From the NCBI RefSeq assembly GCF_004010195.1, contig NC_057749.1:9594572-9658571 (forward strand): 64,000 nt of DNA. Direction: 5' to 3'. Made by a program: the position numbers and the translations under genes. Below are positions 50,286 to 59,722 of this stretch, piece by piece. How positions within the stretch are numbered: position 1 is the stretch's first letter; each line of letters opens with the position of its first letter. Source of the DNA: Chiloscyllium plagiosum. Taxonomy: Eukaryota. A model generated the notes under the pieces. The model was not told where the DNA came from. It was given only the letters and a program-made list of their open reading frames with translations, and did not search any database.

Positions 50286-51411
50286 TATGAGCCTTTTATG
50301 AATTATTCTTTCATAGGATGCAGGTGTTGCTGGCAAGGCCAACATTTCTTGCCCAGCCCTAATTGCCCTTGAACTGGTGCTTTGTAGGCATTTTCAGAGG
50401 GCAATTAAGTATAACCACATTGCTGTTAGATCTGAAATCACAGGCAAACCAGAGAGGGTAGGAGTGGCAGATTTCCTTCCCTAAACTAAACCATTATTTT
50501 ACAATAATAAATCATCACTATTACTGAGACTAGCTTTAATTCCTGATTATGTTTTAATTAATTGGTTCCATTTAAATTCCACAAGTTGACATGGTAGGAT
50601 TCGAACACATGTCCACAAACTATTAGACCAGGCCTCTGGACTAGTCCACCTCCCATATGGGAAGCCCATTTTGGCTTTAGTATTTAGGCTCAGAAGAGAA
50701 AACAAAAAGCGAATGTTACTAATTTCAATTGGAATCCATCAACCTTTAATGGAAAATGTCTAATGGAAGACACCCATACATAGTTCAATTGGATGCCACC
50801 AGTCAGTGTCTGGTCTTAATGATTATTTGTGGATCTGTAGCCAGTAACATTTACCACAGTGGATAAAGGGGACTGGGGGGAAAAAAAAAACAAGGTTTAA
50901 ATGGTATTTCAGTGCACTGCATCATGATAGGATTTACGCTAATTTTCCTTGCCACGCAAATTGCTTCATCAGTATCCCGGAGTCAGAAGTTTGTGGTTCC
51001 AAACCCTTCTTCAGACGTTGAACTCAAACCCAAGGCTGACACTGTGGTGCATTAGTGTGAGGATATTGCTCATCAATAGGGACATCTGTTGGGCACAATG
51101 CCAAACCAAAACAGAGTAACATTGTGGTTATACTACTGGACTTGTAATCCAGGGAACCCAGATCAATACGCGGAGATACAGCATCAAGTCCCACCTCAAC
51201 AGGTGGAATCGTTTAATAAACCTCTTTGTTCAGAAACTCAGTTTTGTTTTAAACTTAGCTGTGCGACAGTGAAACTGTATAATCGTTGTTAAAAAACACT
51301 CTCGTTCACTGATGTCCTAGAGAGAAGGAAATGTGCCAAAATCACCTGGTCTGTGATAGATCTCCTCTGCACCTTCACCACAACATTGTAGTTAGATCTT
51401 AAGGGAATTAA

Positions 51412-51696
51412 CATTTCCTGCATGGAGCTTGATACACCATTCCTACATCAGTAAATTGGAAACAGAAGACAGAGTAGTCTGCAGGATTAAGGCACATGGT
51501 CAGTGAGTGTACTGGCTCCCAAAGCCCCACTGCATACTTCCAACAGCGACCATTCTGAGTAGGACATTTCTCAAGACTCTTCCTAATATCAGGAGGAGAA
51601 AATTCTTGAGCACCAAATGACATTCCCTCACCTTGACCAGCACCAAAACTATCCAACGCAAATACCAATGTAGAAGGAGCCATTCTTGTGCTTCAT
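51412..51696 (-). pseudogene. Exon 4 remnant (VWA beta1/MIDAS to beta2)
   Basis: Pyrimidine-rich cattag acceptor. EAQEWL[1-nt shift]PSTLVFALDSFGAG...VHSLTMCLNPADYSVFCFQFTDVGMVYQAPC parallels alpha2delta WY......PKDVVILVDxSGS and LxTLxDDDFxNxxxF...PC. Confidence 0.72.
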
Positions 51697-51778
51697 CTAA
51701 TGATGGAAGGATATTTAAAAGGTTACAGTTTCATTAGAAGTGCAAGAATTAAGAAGTTAGAATGATGATAAAGAAAGT

Positions 51779-52093
51779 GGGCGGCACGGTGGCACAGTGG
51801 TTAGCACTGCTGCCTCACAGCGCCAGAGACCTGGGTTCAATTCCTGCCTCAGGCAACTGTCTGTGTGGAGTTTGCACATTCTCGCCATGTCTGCGTGGGT
51901 TTCCTCCGGGTGCTCCAATTTCCTCCTCCAGTCCAAAACTGTGCAGGTTAGGTGTATTGGCCATGCTAAATTGCCTGTAGTGTTAGGTGAAGGGGTAAAT
52001 GTAGGGGAATGAGTCTGGGTGGGTTGCTCTTCAGAGGGTCGGTGTGGACTTGTTGGGCCGAAGGGCCTGTTTCCACACTAAGTAATCTAATCT
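51779..52093 (+). mobile_element. Full-length HE1 SINE
   Basis: Head, V-domain and tail. Confidence 0.9.
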
Positions 52094-52309
52094 TAAAAAA
52101 AAAATTGCCACGCTGTTTCTCACCACCTCAGGAAGCTCCAAAAGTGTTGTACCACTGATTTTAAATTGCAATGTATTGCAGGAAATATGGCAGCCAACTA
52201 GCACACAGTAAACTCCGATAAACAGTAATGTGCCCACAGTTAAATCTACAAAAAGTTAGTGTATGTCACTTAGCATGACAATATCAATTGCATAGTTGTA
52301 CACTTGAAC

Positions 52310-52620
52310 TAGAAGGCATAGCCTCAAAACGAGGAGGAGCAGATTTCGGACTGAGTTGAGAAGGAACTTCTTTAACCAAAGGGTTGTGAATCTGGAATTC
52401 CCTGCCCAGTCAGTCAATCAGTTGAGGCTACCTCGTTGAGGGTTTGTGAGACAAAGATAAATAGATTTTGAACAGTAAATGAATTAAGGGTTATGGTGAG
52501 AGGGCGGGTGAGTGGAGCTGAGTCCATGAAAAGATCAGCCACGGATCTTATTGAATGGCAGAGCAGGCTCAGAGGTCAGATGGCCGACTCCTGTCCCTAG
52601 TTCTTACGTTCGTATGTCCT
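52310..52620 (+). mobile_element. CR1 3' end
   Basis: RNFFNQRVVN and 3' UTR. Confidence 0.8.
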
Positions 52621-52724
52621 TAAGACCTGTGTAGATTATAGGATTTCAAACCGGATGTAGTCCACAGGACAATTCCAACGGTTAAAAGAAAAACACAAGT
52701 TGTTAAATTTTATTTTAAGCTTAC

Positions 52725-52923
52725 CAACACACTGTCCCTACTGCTCAATGCTACTATATATTAAAAAAAACTTCAGTATGATTCACTGTCACCTGGAAGT
52801 CACACTGCAGGGTCCCCAGGAGCAGTATTAATATCATGGAAGGGATTCCCTGGGAACTTAACAGTGAGTCCCAGTGCAGAATGATTGAAAACCACTGCTA
52901 CACAAGGCAGTGAAACTAATGAA
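52725..52923 (-). pseudogene. Exon 3 remnant (first cache-domain strands), with stops
   Basis: FNHSALGLTVKFPGNPF resembles recalled alpha2delta-1 FGSATGLARYYPASPW. TG|gtaagc donor. In-frame TGA at ~52800. Confidence 0.75.
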
Positions 52924-53149
52924 CTGCAGCCCCATAGAATGAATGAGACAGGAAGCAAAGAAACAATGGTATGGCTTCATTAATTGGCATTAGTCCACCC
53001 ATTCCAGAATAAACAAAAGCCAGTTTTACACTACTGCAAGTGCAGAAGAACAGTCGTATCAGACTTGAAACAATAATGGATTTTGTCTCCACAGATGCTG
53101 CCAGACCTATTCAGTTTATCCAGCACTTTGTTTTTATTCCAGTTTTAGA

Positions 53150-53532
53150 TCAGCATTTTTCTGTGGCATGGAATGACACTGAGCATAGCGTACAGTGTCA
53201 TTCAACTCAAGTTGTCTATGCAGGTATTTCTGCTCCACTGAACATTTCTCCCATTTTATTTTATCCAATCTTTCTTCAGGCATTAGTGCACACAGCACAG
53301 TCTTATATTTTATCCTTTCATGTATGCACGTAGCATGCTTCGCGAGAGATCTGAGTAATAAATGAACCGTTAGGTATTTCATTTCCAATCTTCTCTGTAA
53401 AATAAGTTCTCTGCCAATTGTCTGACTTGTTTGAAGTTGGTTTCTGCTCTCATCAGCTGTTTGATCTTCCAGCAGTAAAAGCAATTGTATTTATCATCAG
53501 AAAAGGTGTAATTGCCCTCTGTATAATCCACA
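53150..53532 (-). pseudogene. Exon 2 remnant (VWA_N region), frameshift at ~53400
   Basis: VDYTEGNYTFSDDKYNCFYCWKIKQLMRAETNFKQVRQLAENL, then frameshift to QRRLEMKYLTVHLLLRSLAKH...CALMPEE...YLHRQLEL. Removing 5 nt gives LAENLQRRLEMKYLTVHLL, gapless to recalled alpha2delta-3 LAKNMEEMFHKKSEAVRRL. Boundaries approximate. Confidence 0.7.
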
Positions 53533-54534
53533 CTGCACAAACCATTAGATTATTTCTGACAAGTGCATAATTATGTTGCAATTTGTTACACAGATTATCA
53601 TGCCTTAAAAAGTTCTACCACTGCAATTTATGTTTTTTTTTTAGAAATGAAAGACGAGGTAGGAAGAGCAGCAACTCTGCCGAGTCTGTGAATGAACAAA
53701 TCAATCCACGCAAGCAAAAGGAAGGGGGTGTCAGAAAGTCCATTTGTGACTCCCAGGACAAAGGAAAGATAACTTTCATTTCCACAGTACCTTTTGTGTT
53801 CTCTGAATGTTTCATGTTACAGCCAAGAAAGTACATTTAAGGCATAGGCACTGTTGTAATCTCTAAACATCACAGACAATTTACACATAGCAAACACCCA
53901 TATATAGCACTGAGACAATGGCCAGATAATATTTCCTCGCTGATGAATGTTAACCAGGACAGAGGCCAAATTCCTCTGGTCTTCTTCAGAGCAGTACCAT
54001 AGAACTTTTTATATTAATCGGAGAGAACAGATGTAACATCAATTTCCACATCACAACTGAAAGACAGCACTTCTGACTTTGCAGCACTCCCTCAGCGTCA
54101 GCCTGAATTCTGCTTTCACGTCTCCTGAGTGGAACCCTAGCTCATAGCTTTTTGAATCAGCGGTACGAGGACCACTCACTAACCAGACCAACATGCCTTG
54201 CATCTGACCAACAGGCCATCAGTTCCATTCCTCTCTCCACCGACGCTGCCAGGGCTGCTGGGTACTTGCAGTGTTTTCTGTTCACAGTTTAGATATCAAG
54301 GTTTAGCCGAACCTTCCTTTCAATTTGGGTTGGAATGTCACATTGCATCATGTGGATGCTGCAGGAGCATTTACCAATTTTTAATTTTCATCAGTGGGAT
54401 CGTCTAAATATTTCAGACAATGGCTATCTTAAAAGTCTAAAGTTGAACTTGCAAAATTTATTGACATGAGCAGTTTATACTTCCCTATCATGCTATTATG
54501 CCAATGTTCTGTTGGCAGGCTACACTAAATGGCT

Positions 54535-54985
54535 ACCGTTGATCAGCTGCGAGAGGCTGGACACGTCACCGGCAAGACTGACTTGAGACTCCCTGAGCAG
54601 GTGCTCTACTCCCAGCTCTGAAACGGCAGGCCTGCCCCAGGTGAGACAGAGGAAGTGCCTCAGGGATATCCTCAAGGCCTCACTGGGGAAGTGCGACATT
54701 CCCACAGACACCTGGGAATCACTGGCCCCAGACTGTCCCAAAGTGGGGGAGGAGCATCCGGGAAGGCATTGAGCATTTTGCAACTTGCCGTCGGGAAAAA
54801 GCAATAGCTGGAGGAAAACAGCGAAAGGAGTGCGCTTCACACCAACGCCCCACCCACCCCCTTCCCACAACTACCTTCTGCCCCCAGTGTAACAGAGCCT
54901 GCAGTAGCCACATCGGTTTGTACAGCCACCTACAGACTCACTCAGAGTGGGAGAGAGTCTACAAGGGACTTCCAATGATGACTAA
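54535..54985 (+). mobile_element. RTE-clade LINE 3' fragment
   Basis: QLR.AGHV, QVLYSQL, WESLA and the C-terminal zinc finger CPQCNRAC..HIGLYSHL. Confidence 0.85.
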
Positions 54986-55044
54986 TTGGTACTTTGATTG
55001 ATCCCACTACTCCCAGAACTAATCTCAGTGCTTCTCACAATACC

Positions 55045-55235
55045 CCCGGTTTCCTCCTACAGTCCAAAGATGCGCAGGTCAGGTGAATTGGCCATACTAA
55101 ATTGCCCATAGTGTTAGGCGCATCATTCAGAGGGAAATGGGTCTGGGTGGGTTACTCTTTGGAGGGCTGGTGTGGACTCGTTGGGCCGACGGGCCTGTTT
55201 CCACACTGTAGGGAATCTAATCTAATCTAATCTAA
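55045..55235 (+). mobile_element. HE1 SINE 3' half
   Basis: (taatc)n tail. Confidence 0.85.
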
Positions 55236-55503
55236 ACCGTAAAAGGTACTGATAATGGATTTAAACTCATGTTCAAAACAGTTCATTATAATTGGTTTGC
55301 ACTATGTAGTTAGATTAAGAAATGCCAAAGACTATATTAAATGTAATGAATATAAGTAAATTACAGGACACTAATTCTACTCAGAAATCCAATGATATGA
55401 TTTGTCAAAAAGCAAGCCCAAGTATCTTACAATTCTCATCTGAATGCCAAGACGATTACTAATTTAAATTAACCACCAGTTAGTTGTTCAGAGTTGCACA
55501 TAC

Positions 55504-55869
55504 AAGAGAGTGGATTGTTTGCAAAATGATTTTGTTACAGTAGAGTGTAGCCTGGACTCCAATTCTTTGTTCTGGGATTATCAGATACTGTTCAGTATTG
55601 TTACTAGGATTTTCCCCAAACCTAGAAACAGGTTTTTGGAAGGTTCTTGCAGCTGCACTGTAGGGGACACACACGAGTTTCAGAGAGGTTGATTTTGGAA
55701 TTCTCATTGGAAAATTGATTTCAACCATGTCCTTGTTATTGTGTCTAGAAAAATAATTTTGAACATAGTCCTCAGATGAAGCACAATTTGTCACTTGTAT
55801 TGGTAGAATTGCAAGATGATGAATTAAAAATAACCTATACAAAATTGTATAATGTATTAATTTAAGCAT
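55504..55869 (-). pseudogene. Exon 1 candidate: ATG, signal-peptide-like MLKLIHYTILYRLFLIHHLAILPIQVTNCAS, and ~90 further aa
   Basis: Open 122-codon frame in non-repetitive DNA ending at a CTT|gtatgt donor (phase 0). Confidence 0.55.
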
Positions 55870-56057
55870 CTCTTCCTTCTGTATTCTGCACAAGGAATGT
55901 ACAAAACCAAACTGATTTCCCTCTAGTTAGTCCTAACGAATATACTGGCAAAACAGACACATTCTGCTCTTTAAGTCATTCCAGTGATAAAGTCAAGATA
56001 CTCTGTGACATGATCTCTTATACGAACTCTTCGTCCTGGACATTTAAATTATGGAGT

Positions 56058-56192
56058 CGAGTGTCATCAGGAATTATGTTTATGCCCGAAACGTCAATTC
56101 TCCTCCTTCTCGGCTGCTGCCTGACCTGCTGTGCTTTTCCAGCACCACACTCTCGACTCTGATCTCCAGCATCTGCAGTCCTCACTTTCTCC
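56058..56192 (+). mobile_element. Penelope end fragment
   Basis: gcccgaaacgtc..gctgcctgacctgctgtgcttttccagcacc, with imperfect flanking duplication. Confidence 0.8.
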
Positions 56193-56437
56193 ATATAAAC
56201 TATGGAGCCACTTAACTTCCTCAGATCTTTTTAGCGTACAACACACTGTACACGGCTTCTGATTTACCTCAATAACTTTAACTTTGTGACATCCTGCTCT
56301 GTGAGCATTGACCCTTCACCCCGAATGGCAAGCACAACAATAGCTGTCAATGAATTATATGATTCCAATTGGGAGGGCTCCAGCTATTAGCAACATATAT
56401 TGGTTTGCTGGACCCAGGGGTAGGAACAGTCATTATT

Positions 56438-56762
56438 GATTAGATTCCCTACAATATGGAAACATGCCCTTCGGCCCAACAGGTCCACACCAACCTTCCG
56501 AAGAGTAACCCATCCAGACCCATTTCCCTACCCTATATTTACCCCTGACTAATGCACCTAAAACTATGGGCAGCTTATCATAGCCAATTCACCTGACCTG
56601 CACATCTTTGGATTGTGGGAGGAAACCAGAGCATCCGGAGGAAACCCCCGCAGTCACAGGGAGAATGTGCAAACTCCACGCAGTCGCCCAAGGCAGGAAT
56701 TAAACCCGGGTCCCTGGCACTGTGAGGCAACAGTGCTAACCACTGAGCCACTGTGCTGCCCC
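56438..56762 (-). mobile_element. HE1 SINE
   Basis: Full-length reverse copy. Confidence 0.88.
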
Positions 56763-57349
56763 ATGTATTAGTTACAAGTAGACATAGAGCCTTGATATTC
56801 TTGATAAATGCCACAAATGCTGACTACTTAGTTTGTTGTTGACATTCTTGCTAAACCATTAGGATAACCAAAGACCTCCCCAGAACTCTATTGCATAAAT
56901 TATAAGAAATGGTAGCCCCAAATAGTGAGAAATCACTCTTAGTGCAAAGTCTATTATTTATTTTCATAGCTTCAAAACCCAGAGTAGTTCCGTCCTGATT
57001 CTTCATATCAGTTTTAGCTCAATGGATAGCACACTTGCCTCTGATTCAGAAGGTGAGGGATTCAAGCCCCACATAAGAGGCTTGAGTAGGTAATCTAAAG
57101 AGCCCAGTGCAGTAGCGAGGGAATGTTGCTAAGTCAGAAATGCCGTCTTTATGATGATATGTTAAACAATGGCTCTCTCAGCTGGGGGGAAAAAAAACAC
57201 CATGTCACTATTTCAAAGAAAATGCATCATGTTGTTGTCCTATACTCATCTCCCAACCAACATGAATAGAACAGATCTTCTGACCTTTATCACACTACTA
57301 AAGGATCTTACTTTGCTGCTGTATTTCCAACATTACAACATTAGAACAG

Positions 57350-57647
57350 CAAAGTGGTTAGCACTGCTGCCTCACAGTGCCAGAGACCCGGGTTCAATTC
57401 CTGCCTCAGGCAATTGTGTGTGGAGTTTGTACAATCTCGCAGTATCTGCATGGGTTTTCTCTGGGTGCTCCAGTTTCCTCCCAAAGATGTGCAGGTTAGG
57501 TGAATTGGCCATGCTAAATTGCCCGTAGTGTTAGGTGAAGGAGTAAATGTATGGGAATGGGTCTGGGTGTTTTGCCCTTTGGAGGGTCAGCGTGGACTTG
57601 TTGGTCCGAAGTGCCTGTTTCTACACTGTAAGTAAACTAATCTAATC
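57350..57647 (+). mobile_element. HE1 SINE
   Basis: B box, V-domain and tail. Confidence 0.85.
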
Positions 57648-59384
57648 AGCATTGGCTACTCTATAAAAATAAAGTACTTCATTGGCTATAAAGTGTTTTA
57701 GGAAGTCTCAAGCGCACAAAAAAAAAGACTGAACTGTAAATCTTTCTTCATTTGAACAAACTTCAGTTCTGGGAGCAGCTTCTCAAATTCCAACCTACAA
57801 AAGCAGATTGTTTAAATTTCTCATCATTCCCCAATAGTACACTCCATGCTACCCATGATAAATCAAATAGACCAGAATTGTAATCTCTGGATAATTTTAA
57901 TTTTTAAATGACAAACATAGCATGCTTCACAACCTCAGGAGAAGGCTATTTTCCTCATAGAACAAAACAGCACCTGATTTGTTCCACTCAGTCATACTAT
58001 GATAGTGAAGCTTTCCAAAGAATGGAACCAAAGTGTTCACCTCATCTAATTCTTTCATTGATTATCTTAAATGTTTTAAGGACTGAAATTCAGAAAGAAG
58101 GCTATTAAAACAATCATCTGAGTCCCAAAGCCTTTGAGCTGTTAAATTGCCTTTCAGAACAGTAGTAACATCCCCAGTTTTTCAGTCTAGTTATCTTCCA
58201 GTGTTGCAGCAGATAACTATTACATTTGGAAAGTGCCTGGAGCAGACTGATAGCCTGGCCACCTATGGATAAAGAGATAGCTAAAGGAGCCTTATCTCTC
58301 ATTCAGATTATTGAAGACTTGCAGATCAAAGTTTAGTGCAAATTTGCAAGCCCATGACACGGAATCATCCTTGCAATAAGGGACAGGCACCAGGCAGCTC
58401 ATGCCATAAATCAGCATTATTTACAATTTCCTGGCAATGTGCCTTGGGGTAGGACATGACACACTGCGACAGCAGTGGGCTAGCTTGAGTCTGGAACAAA
58501 ATTAAATCAGTGAATGCGTAGGTGGCAACAACAGGAGAGTGGGATTAGTTTACTTTGTTCAAAGGAATTGTCACAGGGTGATGGTTGATAACCCCCTCCC
58601 TGCAGTTATTATTCCATGATTCTATCTAGTTGAAGCAAATCAAAACTTTTCATGTCCTAAATTTCTTAAATAAGTCAAATACTTATTAATATTAGATCAT
58701 CATCGAATAGGTAAGATCACCAATCTTTGTAATGGGAATAAGATATACTTTATGATCACTACTTTTTCTTTCAAGGGAATCAATTCTTCGTGTTTGGAAA
58801 TGACACTGACAAAGAGATTCCCCCGTTCCCTCATGTCAGTATCTCTGATAATCTGCACCACTACCACTGCACTCCTGTTGGAAGCTCAGTGCTTGGTAGA
58901 CTCAGGAGACACCCCATCACACTCCAAGCAGTTTCACCCTGGGAAGCTAACACAGGGACTGTGTTGGAAGAGAAAGTAACAACTGTGTACTCTTGTCAGC
59001 AAATGCCTCTCAACTTGTTAACAAATTCACCAGTTCAGCTCAAAGCCTCAAAACTAAAAATTGTTTGGTTTTCTTCTCAAGCAGTAGCAGGACTTTGCAA
59101 TCAATACAAAGGCTATTCTAGGTAGAGGCATGTTGCAAACTAAATATCAATGCAAGCACATAGATATACGTAGCTTATCTTATGGTCTTATACAGAAGCC
59201 ATTTGGCAACAAATTGCAAAATCCTTTCAAGTCTTGCTTCGCAGTACCATAAAAAATTGCCATATATGTACTGCCTCAAGGCTTTCAGACATCATCTCGC
59301 TTTACTAAATGTTCTAGATTATTTTCATAAACACTCCAGTCTGTCTGGTGGCAACATGCCCACAGGTAGCCTGTTGAATTTTTT

Positions 59385-59722
59385 TAAGAATCCCTACAGT
59401 GTGGGAACAGGCCCTTCGGCCCAACAAGTCCACACCGACCCTCTGAAGAGTAACTCACCTAGGCCACTCCCCAAATCTGTTGCTGTACATTTTCTCCTGA
59501 CTGATGCGCCTACACTGAGCACTATGGGTAATTTAGCATGGCCAAATTCACCTAACCTGCACATCTTTGGACTGTGGGAGGAAACCAGAGCACCCAGAGG
59601 AAACCCACGTAGACACAGGGAGAATGCGCAAACTTCACACAGACAGTTGCCAGAGGCTGGAATCGAACCCAGGTCCCTGGTGCTGTGAGGCAGCAGTGCT
59701 CATCACTGAACCACTGTGCCGC
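59385..59722 (-). mobile_element. HE1 SINE
   Basis: Full-length reverse copy. Confidence 0.85.

Larger units (their letters stand above)
24395..55869 (-). pseudogene. Multi-exon pseudogene of a divergent alpha2delta/CACHD1-like (VWA + dCache) membrane protein
   Basis: Colinear minus-strand exon remnants: KQVRQLAENL/QRRLEMKYLTVHLL (VWA_N), SALGLTVKFPGNPF (cache), PSTLVFALDS (VWA beta1), LNPADYSVFCFQF..PC, VTIKIP..AP../FTLTDPQ, RMRFSVCF, TVPSDPRLLALH, MFYQSA..GRVF, FCVLLSNKG, NLMFI..DKRSQC and a hydrophobic tail. Phases match across exons 5-10 and 12-14. Several in-frame stops and frameshifts. Confidence 0.78.
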
